From: Eledone cirrhosa
Lineage: Eukaryota
Assembly (NCBI GenBank): GCA_964016885.1
Contig: OZ024741.1
Coordinates: forward strand, 165,168,001 to 165,232,000
Direction of reading: 5' to 3'
Length of the DNA stretch: 64,000 nt
The notes under the pieces are model-generated. The model made no database searches and had not been told where the DNA came from. It saw only the letters and a program-made list of their open reading frames with translations. The position numbers and the translations under genes are program-made. Shown here piece by piece: positions 11,161 to 25,073 of this stretch (within the stretch, counting starts at the first letter, position 1; each line of letters starts with the position of its first letter).

Positions 11161-14100
11161 CACCACTACACCCAACACCACTACACCACCACTACACCCA
11201 AAATAACTACTACCCAACGCAACTACTACCCAACACCACCACTACCCAACACCACAACTACCCAACACCACTACAGCCAACACCACTACACCCAACACCA
11301 CTACACCCAAAATAACTACTACCCAACACAACTACTACCCAACACCACCACTACCCAACACCACCACTACCCAACACCACTACACCCAACACCACTACAC
11401 CCAAAATAACTACTACCCAACACAACTACTACCCAACACCACCACTACCCAACACCACTACACCCAACACCACTACACCCAACACCACCACTACCCAACA
11501 CCACCACTACCCAACACCACTACACCCAACACCACCACTACCCAACACCACCACTACCCAACACCACTACACCCAACACCACTACACCCAACATAACTAC
11601 TACCCAACACCACCACTACACCCAACATAACTACTACCCAACACCACTACACCCAACACCACTACCCAACACCAGCACTACCCAAGACCACCACTACACC
11701 TAACACCACTACAACAAACATAACTACTACCCAACACCACCACACCCAACATAACTACTACCCAACACCACTACTACCCAACACCACCACTACCCAACAC
11801 CACTACTACCCAACACAACTACTACCCAACACCACTACTACCCAACACCACTACTACCCAACACCACCACTACCCAACACCACTACACCCAACACCACTA
11901 CACCCAACATAACTACTACCCAACACCACTACTACCCAACACCACCACTACCCAACACAACTACTACCCAACACCACTACTACCCAACACCACTACACCC
12001 AACATAACTACTACCCAACACAACTACTACCCAACACCACTACTACCCAACACCACTACTACCCAACACCACTACTACCCAACACCACTACTACCCAACA
12101 CCACTACTACCCAACACAACTACTACCCAACACCACTACACCCAACATAACTACTACCCAACACCACTACTACCCAACACCACTACTACCCAACACCACT
12201 ACTACCCAACACCACCACTACCCAACACCACTACACCCAACATAACTACTACCCAACACCACTACTACCCAACACCACCACTACCCAACACAACTACTAC
12301 CCAACACCACTACTACCCAACACCACTACACCCAACATAACTACTACCCAACACAACTACTACCCAACACCACTACTACCCAACACCACTACTACCCAAC
12401 ACAACTACTACCCAACACCACTACTACCCAACACCACTACTACCCAACACAACTACTACCCAACACCACTACACCCAACATAACTACTACCCAACACAAC
12501 TACTACCCAACACCACTACACCCAACATAACTACTACCCAACACAACTACTACCCAACACAACTACTACCCAACACCACTACACCCAACATAACTACTAC
12601 CCAACACCACTACTACCCAACACCACTACTACCCAACACAACTACTACCCAACACCACTACTACCCAACACCACCACTACACCCAACATAACTACTACCC
12701 AACACCACTACACCCAACACCACTACCCAACACCACTACCCAACACCACTACTACCCAACACCACTACTACCCAACACAACTACTACCCAACACCACTAC
12801 TACCCAACACCACCACTACACCCAACATAACTACTACCCAACACCACTACTACCCAACAACACCACTACCCAACACCACTACTACCCAACACCACTACAC
12901 CCAACATAACTACTACCCAACACCACTACCCAACACAACTACTACCCAACACCACTACTACCCAACACCACTACTACCCAACACCACTACACCCAACACA
13001 ACTACTACCCAACACCACTACACCCAACATAACTACTACCCAACACAACTACTACCCAACACCACTACTACCCAACACCACTACTACCCAACACAACTAC
13101 TACCCAACACCACTACTACCCAACACCACTACTACCCAACACAACTACTACCCAACACCACTACACCCAACATAACTACTACCCAACACAACTACTACCC
13201 AACACCACTACACCCAACATAACTACTACCCAACACAACTACTACCCAACACAACTACTACCCAACACCACTACACCCAACATAACTACTACCCAACACA
13301 ACTACTACCCAACACCACTACTACCCAACACCACTACTACCCAACACCACTACTACCCAACACAACTACTACCCAACACCACTACTACCCAACACCACCA
13401 CTACACCCAACACCACTACACCCAACATAACTACTACCCAACACCACTACACCCAACACCACTACCCAACACCACTACCCAACACCACTACTACCCAACA
13501 CAACTACTACCCAACACAACTACTACCCAACACCACTACTACCCAACAACACCACTACCCAACACCACTACTACCCAACACCACCACTACACCCAACATA
13601 ACTACTACCCAACACCACTACTACCCAACAACACCACTACCCAACACCACTACTACCCAACACCACTACACCCAACATAACTACTACCCAACACCACTAC
13701 CCAACACAACTACTACCCAACACCACTACTACCCAACACCACTACTACCCAACACCACTACACCCAACACCACTACTACCCAACACCACTACTACCCAAC
13801 ACCACCACTACCCTACACCACTACTACCCAACACCACTACACCCAACACCACTACTACCCAACACAAATACTACCCAACACCACTACTACCCAACACCAC
13901 TACTACCTAACACAACTACTACCCAACACACTACTACCCAACACCACCACTACCCAACACAACTACTACCCAACACCACTACTACCTAACACAACTACTA
14001 CCCAACACCACCACTACCCAACACAACTACTACCCAACAACACTACTACCCAACACAACTACTACCCAACACAACTACTACCCAACACCACTACTACCCA

Positions 14101-16482
14101 ACACCACTACACCCAACACAACTACTACCCAACACCACCACTACCCAACACAACTACTACCCAACACCACCACTACCCAACACAACTACTACCCAACACC
14201 ACTACTACCCAACACAACTACTACCCAACACCACCACTACCCAACACAACTACTACCCAACAACACTACTACCCAACACCACTACACCCAACACAACTAC
14301 TACCCAACACCACCACTACCCAACACAACTACTACCCAACACCACCACTACCCAACACAACTACTACCCAACACCACTACTACCCAACACAACTACTACC
14401 CAACACCACCACTACACCCACCACCACTACTACCCAACGCAACTACTACCCAACACACTACTACCCAACACCACCACTACCCAACACAACTACTACCCAA
14501 CACCACTACTACCCAACACAACTACTACCCAACACCACCACTACCCAACACAACTACTACCCAACAACACTACTACCCAACACCACCACTACCCAACACA
14601 ACTACTACCCAACACCACCACTACCCAACACCACCACTACCCAACACAACTACTACCCAACAACACTACTACCCAACACAACTACTACCCAACACAACTA
14701 CTACCCAACACCACTACTACCCAACACAACTACTACCCAACACCACTACTACCCAACACAACTACTACCCAACACAACTACTACCCAACACCACTACTAC
14801 CCAACACCACTACTACCCAACACAACTACTACCCAACACCACCACTACCCAACACAACTACTACCCAACAACACTACTACCCAACACAACTACTACCCAA
14901 CACAACTACTACCCAACACCACTACTACCCAACACAACTACTACCCAACACAACTACTACCCAACACCACTACTACCCAACACCACTACTACCCAACACA
15001 ACTACTACCCAACACCACCACTACCCAACACCACTACTACCCAACACCACTACTACCCAACACCACTACTACCCAACTTCACTACACCCAACACCACTAC
15101 TACCCAACACAACTACTACCCAACACAACTACTACCCAACACCACTACTACCCAACACCACTACTACCCAACTTCACTACACCCAACACCACTACTACCC
15201 AACACAACTACTACCCAACACAACTACTACCCAACACCACTACTACCCAACACCACTACTACCCAACACAACTACTACCCAACACCACCACTACCCAACA
15301 CAACTACTACCCAACACCACTACACCCAACACCACTACCCAACACCACTACTACCCAACACAACTACTACCCAACACAACTACTACCCATCACAACTACT
15401 ACCCATCACAACTACTACCCATCACAACTACTACCCAACACCACCACTACCCAACACCACCACTACCCAACACCACTACACCCAACACCACCACTACCCA
15501 ACACAACTACTACCCAACACACTACTACCCAACACAACTACTACCCAACACCACTACTACCCAACACAACTACTACCCAACACAACTACTACCCATCACA
15601 ACTACTACCCAACACCACTACTACCCAACACCACCACTACCCAACACCACTACACCCAACACCACCACTACCCAACACCACTACACCCAACACCACTACT
15701 ACCCAACACCACTACACCCAACACCACCACTACCCAACACAACTACTACCCAACACCACCACTACCCATCACAACTACTACCCAACACCACCACTACCCA
15801 ACACCACCACTACCCAACACAACTACTACTCAACACCACTACACCCAACACCACTACTTCCCAACACCACCACTACCCAACACCACCACTACCCAACACC
15901 ACCACTACCCAACACAACTACTACCCAACACCACTACTACCTAACACAACTACTACCCAACACCACCACTACCCAACACCACTACTACCCAACACCACTA
16001 CACCCAACACCACCACTACCCAACACCACTACACCCAACACCACCACTACCCAACACAACTACTACCCAACACCACTACTACCTAACACAACTACTACCC
16101 AACACCACTACTACCCAACACCACCACTACCCAACACAACTACTACCCAACACCACTACTACCTAACACAACTACTACCAAACACCACTACGCCCAACAC
16201 CACTACTACCCAACACCACCACTACCCAACACCACCACTACACCCAACACCACTACTACCCAACACCACCACTACTACCTAACACCACTACTACCCAACA
16301 CCACCACTACCCAACATAACTACTACCCAACACCACCACTACCCAACACCACCACTACCCAACACCACTACACCCAACACCACCACTACCCAACACCACT
16401 ACACCCAACACCACCACTACCCAACACCACTACACCCAACACCACCACTACCCAACACAACTACACCCAACACCACTACTGC
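11161..16482. repeat. About 5.3-kb minisatellite of 15-16-bp units (CCCAACACCACTACTA / CCCAACACCACTACA / CCCAACACAACTACTA variants)
   Basis: Read directly from the sequence; almost no G on the + strand. Confidence 0.98.
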
Positions 16483-17411
16483 CAAATAGCACAGCCACCC
16501 CATTGTATTTAACTGGTGTTTTATTTATTGGACACTAATATAATGTTAGGTTTATACATCTATTGGTTGTTTTATGGAGACAGTCAGATGGTGTTTCACA
16601 TTGATTTAACTTCCACACTATTGAACAGATGAGATGGACCACACATACACAAACACCTCACACACACATCACATCCTCATCACTGTTTAATACCTATTTT
16701 CCATGCTTACATGGGTTAGAAGAGCTGTCATATAAAGAGGCTAGACTGGTCTGGTCTGGTCTGGTCTGATAACTATGTTTTGCTCGTACGCTTCATTTTT
16801 GGCTTGGATCCTATGGCTGGATGCCATTCCAAATGCCAACCACTTTATATCATAAACTAGGAGCTTTTTATTATGATTCTGGAACTAACCATCTTACATA
16901 AAACTACAGCTGTTACTTACATTCAAGTATGACTTGGTAGCATGTGCCATGATTTTACTAAGGGGTTTAGGTGGCCATACAGTTGAAAGCAAACAAAGGC
17001 AGATTCTCAACCCATGATGCAGCTGAACATCCAGGATGTGACAGCTGCTAAGAAAGAAAGGGATGGTACTTTATCTATCCTAAAAGGATAAAAGGCAAAA
17101 TGGATCTTGGGAGGATTTGAACACAGAATCTAAAGATTTAGAACAAACATTCAACACTAACAACTTTACCAAATTAGCCACCTTATATATATCATCATCA
17201 TCATTATCATCAATACATATGACTCACAATGTGTGTGTCCTAACACAAATGATAAAGGAGCCTCTGTCCATTTTTCTCTATCTCTAGGGGTAGTTTATGC
17301 GATTTTCTTAACTATTGTTTGTAGTGATAGACTAATATTTTGGTCATTTGCATTGGGTCACACACAAGTTTTGAATTTCCCAATGCTTTTTAAACGAACC
17401 TTTTTGTTTAC

Positions 17412-17446
<35 letters not shown>

Positions 17447-17536
17447 GAGCGAGACACGGTCACCTTGCCTCAAGTGGGACAACTCCCGTCTAACCCATGC
17501 TAGCGTGGAAAACGAACGTTAAACGAAGATGATGAT
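17447..17536 (+). mobile_element. RTE family 1-type 3' tail fragment
   Basis: gagcgagac..cttgcctcaagtgggac..cccatgctagcgtggaaaacgaacgttaaacgaagatgatgat matches 63560-63657. Confidence 0.8.
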
Positions 17537-17614
17537 ATATATATATATATATACATATCCAGAGAGTGTAATATAATAATACAAGGACAATTTGTTATGC
17601 CTTCATTACGTTTA

Positions 17615-18224
17615 CTAGCAGAAAAACCTCCCTTCGGGTGGTTTTCTGCCAGCATGTGTAGTGTGCATATTGATATTAAAGGCAAATATATATGCCTGTC
17701 GAGATGATACATCAAATAAAATCGTAATTGACAATATACACAGAAATTGAACGAAGTCTGCGTTACACTGTATTATGTAATCAGTAACGTAATCCATGAT
17801 ACATTAAAAAAAAGACAATATTATATATAAACTGCATTAGGAAAAAACTTAGTGACGGAAATATATGAATGTTTATTTAAGCCATCGCTAACCGGAAGTG
17901 TTGACATTTGAAAATTTTAAAGAGGTGAATCTTTAAATAAGTAATAAAATATATCAAAATTTAGTAGATAAATTATGTAATATTCATTCATTATTTATTC
18001 AAAGTATTTATGATCTGAGTTCAAATCCGGCCGAGGTTGACTTTGCCTTTCAACCTTACGGGGTCCATAAAATAAAGTACCAGTAATGTACTGGGTAATT
18101 AGTGGCCTTGTGCCGAAAGTAGAAACAATTATTTTATTCAAAGTAATCCAACTTATTTTACAAACAGGATGAAAGAATATATTCTGGACGCAGTCCCGCA
18201 CTCCTTTCTTTATTATAGTTAAGA
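17615..18224 (-). mobile_element. Non-autonomous Helitron
   Basis: Minus strand A|TCTTAACTATAATAAAG ... hairpin ... ttttctgCTAG|T. Homologous along its length to 58176-58655. Confidence 0.85.
18007..18132 (+). mobile_element. SINE family A (5'-truncated) inserted in the Helitron
   Basis: 13-bp TSD tttattcaaagta at 17994-18006 and 18133-18145; the site is single-copy in the other Helitron. Confidence 0.88.
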
Positions 18225-18324
18225 TCGATTGGTGATGTGCATTTCGCTATTGATCAGCTCAAGGTTCGATCTGTATTGATCTGGCCTGACTCTGGAATCA
18301 AAATTCTGTCATTACAACAGCAGA

Positions 18325-18409
18325 GGTCCGACGAGCTTTTGATTCCAGAGTCGGGCCAGATCGATGTAGATTGAACCTTGAGCTGATCAATAGCGAAACA
18401 CGCGTCACC
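18325..18409 (+). ncRNA. Penelope-type minimal hammerhead motif (U4-to-C variant in this copy)
   Basis: ggt CCGACGA gct...agc GAAA cacgcg TC acc. The sister fragment near 26430 has CTGATAA, giving a CTGAYGA consensus. Stem III derives from palindromic acgcgcgt with a GUC site. Confidence 0.75.
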
Positions 18410-19020
18410 AATCAATAAACATAATCGAGGTTTAACAAATCGCCCTTGTATTATTAATACATATATATATATATGTATAGAGAGAGATGGGGAGAGAGAG
18501 AGGGGGAGGGGGAGAGAAAGAGGGGGAAACAGACTGGTAGACAAGCTCCCTAGTTATGGTAGTATATAAGTGTACAACACCACTGTTTCTACTTTTAAAT
18601 ATTTAATTTGCTATTTCCATGCTATAAAACTGATTGTAGCTACTCAACAATGACTACAGCATGAACAATGCTATCACCAACACCATAAACAATATTTATT
18701 CATAGAATAATAAGTACACAATTCATTCATAGAACATGTCATTGAGAAAACAGACAGAAAGAAGAACAATAGTGTGGTGGAAATGTTGAGTAAACATTGA
18801 TGTGGATCATTGTTTCAAGGAAAGACCCTTTATTTAATGTGGAAAATTTCACTGAGAAGTAAAGGTACCAGATTATCTGGGGAAATGTTACATATGGTAA
18901 ATCTCTGTCTCTCCAAGGGAAGTCTAATCATTTAAACACTTCACACAGTGAAAAACAGAGCTAAGCACCAGCTTCAGAGGCTTTAAAATATTACAAATTA
19001 CATGTTTACTGAAGTTGGCA

Positions 19021-19350
19021 CCATGGATCAACAGAAACTTATAACTGAACACGGGGAAGATGACAGGGCTGAACCATGGGTTAAATAAACTTTATCACTG
19101 ATCACAATTATAAGGAGAGAGTTGAACCATGAATCAACTGAACCTGATATCTCCCCACAGAGAGAAGGGAGTTGAGTTTTGGGTCATATAGAACCCTGTA
19201 ATTAACCAAAGGGAGGAGGAGATAGATCAACTATGGATCGAATGAACCATGGAACTAACTAGAGGGAGGAGAGAGTTGAGCCATAAATCAACTGAAGCCT
19301 GTAACTGGTCAAAGGGAGGAGAGAGAGAGAGTTGACCCCTAGATTTACTG
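19021..19350. repeat. Degenerate tandem repeat, about 50-56-bp unit, 6-7 copies
   Basis: Recurrent ccatg(g/a)atcaactgaa...taact...gggaggagagagttga. Confidence 0.6.
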
Positions 19351-19477
19351 AATTATGTTTTATTTGCAGAATGGCCTACCCATTAAATTAACATAAACGG
19401 ACGAGTATTTTATGGACTGTAACCATAATTCTAAGGAGGATCAGTATAATATAGCATGTGACAAAACTGTTGCATGA

Positions 19478-19815
19478 CCAAATGGTTAAAAAGTTTATTT
19501 TACAATCTTGAGGTTTGGGGTTCAGTCTAATTGCATGGTAGCTTAGGCAAGTGACTTTTACCATAGCCTTGGGTTGACTAAAGCCTTTTGAATAAAATTA
19601 GGTAGTCAGAAACTGTTTGGAAGCTCATCACATGGACTGATTCAGAAATCAAATCGGCCAGCCTTTTTATACACAGTTACACTAAATCTCCCTGAGAAAT
19701 ACATTAAGGGATATATACACATGTCTGTGGAATATTGAGTCACTCACATATTAAATTAATGAGAAGGTTGTTCCATTGACTGACCAACTGGAACCTCATT
19801 GTTGAAACCAACACA
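19478..19815 (+). mobile_element. Old tRNA-derived SINE (family C head; related heads at about 4600-4700 and 31305-31425) followed by a tail like 40790-40920
   Basis: tggttaaaaagttt..gggttcagtc..gcatggtagcttaggcaag head; ctccctgagaa..attaaggg..gttccattga tail. Confidence 0.55.
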
Positions 19816-21654
19816 GGTCAATTTATATTAGTCAGTGTAATCAATAATTGATACACAGAGTTAATTATTAATAATGTTGTTGCTTGTGTATAATAATATA
19901 TTCATCCTCAATTGACCAAATATTGAACAGAAGGTATTCATAAACACCTGATGGTTTATAGGTTACAAAACAAACAGCAACAAAAAAGAAAGAGAGAGAA
20001 AAAAATTCTCCCAGCAAAGGATATGTGTGTATGGTGGTGGTGGTGGTGGGGTGGGGTGGTGGTGGTGGTTGTGTTGGGTGGGTTTATATTAATTGTGTCT
20101 AGAAGTTATTGAAAGCATTAGTTTGCTGACCTCAGCTTGTTAACTTGGTCCTAAAATAATTCTAGCTTATCATTTTCACATTGCCTGAGAATGTCATTAG
20201 TTATTGATCCAGCTATGTGACTGGTTGTTTTGCAGGATCTAGATATGGATTTGTCTGCTGCCAAAAATGATACTGCAATTTTTAACTGGAATTACCAAAT
20301 ATATATATATATATATATATATAAAATAAAAATAAGAAATGGAAAAAAAATGAAAAAAAAAACACAGCAGAATAATAACAGCAACAAAAATGTCTAAAAT
20401 ATTATGGCTAAGTAAGTCTCTTGCTACTTGTGGATTCTGAAGATAGAAACACATCCTTTAAATAACTTGTTTTAAATCAATGGTTGAAATAATAACATAT
20501 GATGATGTTATGTTAATATATACACAACTATAATATATGTTAGCAGTAGCAGCATTTATTGGTTTAGTTTTCAAATCTCTTAATCATTTCTTTTCTTTGG
20601 ATTCTAATAAAAAAGAACACAGACACATGCATGCATACATACATACACAATACTCTGAAGTCTCTATAGTTAGAGCAATTGTCTGGTGTTATTGCCAAGG
20701 TGTGTGAGTGTGTGAGATATATGAGGATGTTTAAATAGCTAGCCTTTGGAAATAACAATAATAATCTTTTACATTTGAAAATAATAATAAATTAAAATAT
20801 ACATGATTCATATATATTTACATATATATGTATATATGAGGAGAGAGAGAGAATACATCTATACCATTTCTTGGTTAATTTATTATAATCAAAAGGTTAT
20901 CTGGCTTGAAATCATCTTTTAAAATTAATTATGCTTCAAAAAATGAAGAATGCACTGTGGGATATTTAAAGTGACATTAAGGTCTCCTGGTTTGTCTGAG
21001 AGAATGCAGAATGATGTATCATAATATCTATTGGATGATACTAAGGTCTTGATTAACATTATAAGATTTTGCTTCTGTCTATGTTACATAATAGGGTGTG
21101 GTCACTATTCACATCCTAGCCACCACCACTGCCATCACCATTTAGAATCTAATTCACATGTTTCATGGGTTAGAAAAGCAATCATATTATGGGGCTAGGC
21201 AGGTATGGTGACCACATCTTTCTCATACGTTCTGTTTTTAATTTGCTTTCCTTTGGCTGGATGTCCTTCCTAATGCCAGCTACTTTTCAATGAGTACAAG
21301 AAGCCTCTTTCATTGTATCAGCACTGTCACCTTACAGAATGGACTGGTGATTTTTGGCACAGATACTAACAACTAACAGGGAGGACTGGGTGTTTTTTGT
21401 CATAACAACAGGGGGACTGAGTGTATTTTATTATGTCACCAGTAATACCTAATTACGACAGAGTAATCGGTGGCCTAGTTAAAGAGGCAGTGATGAGTGT
21501 GAGGGTGTAAGATGAGAGGGTTAATATATGGGATGGTCATTAGTATATGATTATAATTACAGATGCTTACAGTATGGTGATCAACCTGGAGTGCTAATAT
21601 CAAAGTGCTTAATTTTTATTTTCAATGCAAATCATGACAATTGAAAGTCCTATC

Positions 21655-21760
21655 AAATAATAATAATGAAATTATTGTGTACAGTGCTCAGGTGCACTAC
21701 AACCAACCAATTCTACAATTTCATACATTACTATGTTAGCAGTTACCTTAACACAGTGTG
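21655..21760 (-). mobile_element. CR1-type LINE 3' tail fragment
   Basis: Reverse complement of gtagtgcacctgagcactgtacacaataatttcattatt, shared with 31770-31812 and 45430-45480. Confidence 0.6.
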
Positions 21761-23024
21761 ATTCATAATAGAGCTGTATATGAAAGCATATATGATATAT
21801 TTATGTATAATAAAAAAAAAAATGTTTAATGTCTTGCTATGAGGGAGTTTAAGCTGTGATCTTGTCAAAATAAAAACTGAAACACTGCTACAAAAGGTGA
21901 GATGATCACACCTTAAAATCTTCATAACAAGATTTATATATGTTTATTGTACATAAAAATATTTTATATACCTTCATATACTTTTGTCTTACCATGTCAT
22001 ATATTATATATGAAATAATACACTTTGTTTTTTCAGAGTTGTATTTGTTGTGTAAGCGAACTGATTTGTGACCATGTGATGAAACTGAAGCATTTACTTT
22101 GTGGAAAAGTCATTAACTCTTTCATGACTATATTTCTCATAAAATTTCTCAAATTTTTTTGGGTTTTTTGTTATGCATAGAATAATTTTATTCACAGTTG
22201 TATAAAAATATAATAATATAATGCTTACGGAATGAAAACTCAAACATATTATATATACACATAAATATAGACGCATAAAGAAGAGATTAAAAAAAAGCAT
22301 AAAAAAGAGAGAGGGGGAGAAATTCACCGCCAATGCACATCGCATTATAAGGATTAACTAAACACTTTGAAGCAAGATAATATGCTAACAGCATTGCCAC
22401 GGGTGAGGTGAGGCTAAGGTGCTGAAACAACCAGGCACCGTCATGGGCATCACCTGTTTCAATGAATTTTGAAAATAATCAAGAGTTTGAAGGATTTTAA
22501 TAAAATACCTTTTATTATTTAAGTTGGTGTTTAGAACATAAGAAAAATGGTATTACATAACATTTTGATTTATTTTAGATATGAACATTTTAAATTTGGC
22601 AGGTTTAACACACAACCAGAGATGGTTTTAGGTGGATTTTCTCAAAAGGCCTAAATATTTCAAAAAATAAAAAATGTGTTAGCAAAATCTTCATCCTACT
22701 TCTATGACATGGTCACTGACATAATTTCATATATTTTAATGAAAAGAGCAGAAGATAAGATGGATGTTAAAGCAAATAATGTAGACAAAACATTATTAAG
22801 CGACCAATAGCACACTTCTATACATGGCCATGTTGTATAATAGAGAGGAGATAATATACTTTGGATTCTAATAAAAAGATCAGAGGGTTATAAGACAGAT
22901 GTTAAAATAAAGAATTGTTTCTACTTTTGACACAAGGCCAGTAATTACCCAGTACATTACTGGTACTGTAGACAAGATGTAGTAGAAAATATAGCAGCAT
23001 CTTTTTTACTTCAAAGAATAAAGA

Positions 23025-23055
<31 letters not shown>

Positions 23056-23057
23056 CG

Positions 23058-23192
23058 TTATTCCAGGTTGAATCGGAGGTAACCACAGTAAGTAAGGTAC
23101 TCAATACATTGCAGAGTATAAAAGTTTTAATATAGATGAGATTCTACAGGACTAGAACTAGAGTTCTAGTCCTGTAGAATCTCATCTATATT

Positions 23193-23196
<4 letters not shown>
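23058..23196. mobile_element. PLE-like mini element ending in a perfect 35-bp fold-back (23125-23159 and 23162-23196)
   Basis: Perfect inverted repeat with a 2-nt loop. Same family as 38280-38406 (ccacagtaagtaaggtactcaatacatt). Confidence 0.75.
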
Positions 23197-23229
<33 letters not shown>

Positions 23230-23236
23230 ATGATGA

Positions 23237-23275
<39 letters not shown>

Positions 23276-24043
23276 GAGAAATATTTAAAAAAAATAAACA
23301 CACACACATGTATGAAGAAGACACACTCACCTATATACATAGACACAAAGTTATGTACATAGACACGCACTGACATATACATACAATGCACACACACACA
23401 CACACACATGTATGCTAGCTCATCTACACACAAATATGCAGACATATGCACACACTCACACTGGCACACACATATACAGTTACTCACACACACACACTCA
23501 TACTGGCACACACATATAAAGTTACTCTCACACACACACACTCATACACACATACACATATACAGACACACTCATTTATACATATACACATATACTATAC
23601 ACATTGACGGCACACATACTAAGACATTTAGATTACAACACACAGACACATACTTACACAAACAAACACAATACACAAATCTATAATTACATTAAGGGTA
23701 ATCAATACCAATATATTGGAGAAAATGTCCTTATTTCAATGTATTTATTTTATTGTAGTAAAACACATGGCAATCAATTATTGCTGTTAGGGCTGTAATT
23801 TGTTAGAATTGGGCAAAATACTTTGCAGCATTTGTTCCAGTGTTCTACATTATGAGTCCAAATCATGTGGAAGTTAACTTTGCCCTCTCAGCCTTCCAAA
23901 ACCGATAAAATAAACAACCAGCTAAGCACTGGAGTTGGTGTTATTGACTTACACCTCCACTACTAAATTGTTGGTATTGCGCCTAATTTAAAAGCCATTA
24001 TTTGTGTGAAGAAGAACACACTTCTCAGAAGCACACACATGTG

Positions 24044-24093
<50 letters not shown>

Positions 24094-24100
24094 CATACAC

Positions 24101-24194
<94 letters not shown>

Positions 24195-24356
24195 TATGGT
24201 GCTGAGACTGAGGAGACCACTAATTATTGTGAGTACTCGATACATGTAAAATGCCGATCGCAGCGCTAATTGATTTCAGCCAGTGGGTTACAAGCCGAAA
24301 GAACTTGGTGCCGTGGTCGCCCTCTCTCTCTTTATATATATATATATATATAAAGT

Positions 24357-24487
24357 ATATATGAAAAGATTCAGGACCTCGACAGCTGAGCTCAGCCGTT
24401 GGAGTTCTGAATCTTTTCATATATTACCCACTCGAGTACTCTGGTGGGTTATGGTCCACCTGGTATTTGACCACACCCTATCTGATA
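24357..24487. mobile_element. PLE-like mini element with a palindromic 5' part centred on GAG|CTC (24390/24391)
   Basis: atgaaaagattcag...gctgagctcagc...ctgaatcttttcat; the arm mismatches are all transitions; lies in (TA)n. Confidence 0.7.
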
Positions 24488-24607
24488 TAAAAGTATATAT
24501 ATATATATATATATCAACAAACATTATGTATACATAGTTGATCTCTCAGACTTTCACAAAGCACTGAAGGGATAAAGTTAATATGAAGACTCTATAAAAT
24601 AGCTTAT

Positions 24608-24763
24608 AAAACAAAGTGAAGACTCTTTAAGACAGAAAAAATAGTTGCCATCAACCGCTATGAGGGTTTGAACCCCATATCGTTAAATACGGGCTTTGAT
24701 TCCCTGTAGCAGTTGATGACAAATTTTTTTTCCGTCTTTAAGGGTATTTACCCTATTTTATAG
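24608..24763. repeat. Imperfect fold-back with tRNA B-box-like sequence at the inner ends
   Basis: aagacagaaaaaatagttgccatcaaccgctatgagggtttgaaccc versus gggctttgattccctgtagcagttgatgacaaattttttttccgtctt. Confidence 0.6.
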
Positions 24764-24794
24764 CATCTCTGCATGAGCACACCACTCTCTCTTT

Positions 24795-24828
<34 letters not shown>

Positions 24829-24868
24829 GATATTAAACAAATGGAAACTATATTTATAAAACCATATT

Positions 24869-24934
24869 TATTTCGTTATATATATTTCTGGGATATCATA
24901 TTAAAAATATGGTATGCCTTCCTCAGACAAAATA
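24869..24934 (-). ncRNA. Minimal type I hammerhead ribozyme motif
   Basis: Minus strand: tattttgt CTGAGGA aggcataccatatt-ttt-aatatgatatccca GAAA tatata T A acgaaata. 8-bp stem I, long stem II, palindromic stem III, AUA site. Confidence 0.78.
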
Positions 24935-25020
24935 CAATATATAAGCTGTTTTATAAATAATTTTGACATACCTTATAAAATATTTACTCGTTGTAACCCA
25001 ACAATTTAAAATAAAACTTT

Positions 25021-25055
<35 letters not shown>

Positions 25056-25073
25056 AGAGAGAGAGAGAGAGAG

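Larger units (their letters stand above)
17573..18458. mobile_element. Fold-back PLE-like element with hammerhead, interrupted by a Helitron
   Basis: The left arm (17573-17614 plus 18225-18303) is the reverse complement of the right arm (18337-18458). A related fragment lies at about 26415-26483. Confidence 0.75.

Noticed and set aside
11161-16482. Telomeric repeat or CRISPR array
   Set aside because: The units are not TTAGGG and there are no unique spacers; the context is eukaryotic.
24196-24322. CTGAGGA...GAAA on + and GAAA-tc...ga-TC on - as a hammerhead
   Set aside because: I could not build consistent stems. It is probably another TA/GA-embedded remnant, but unsupported.
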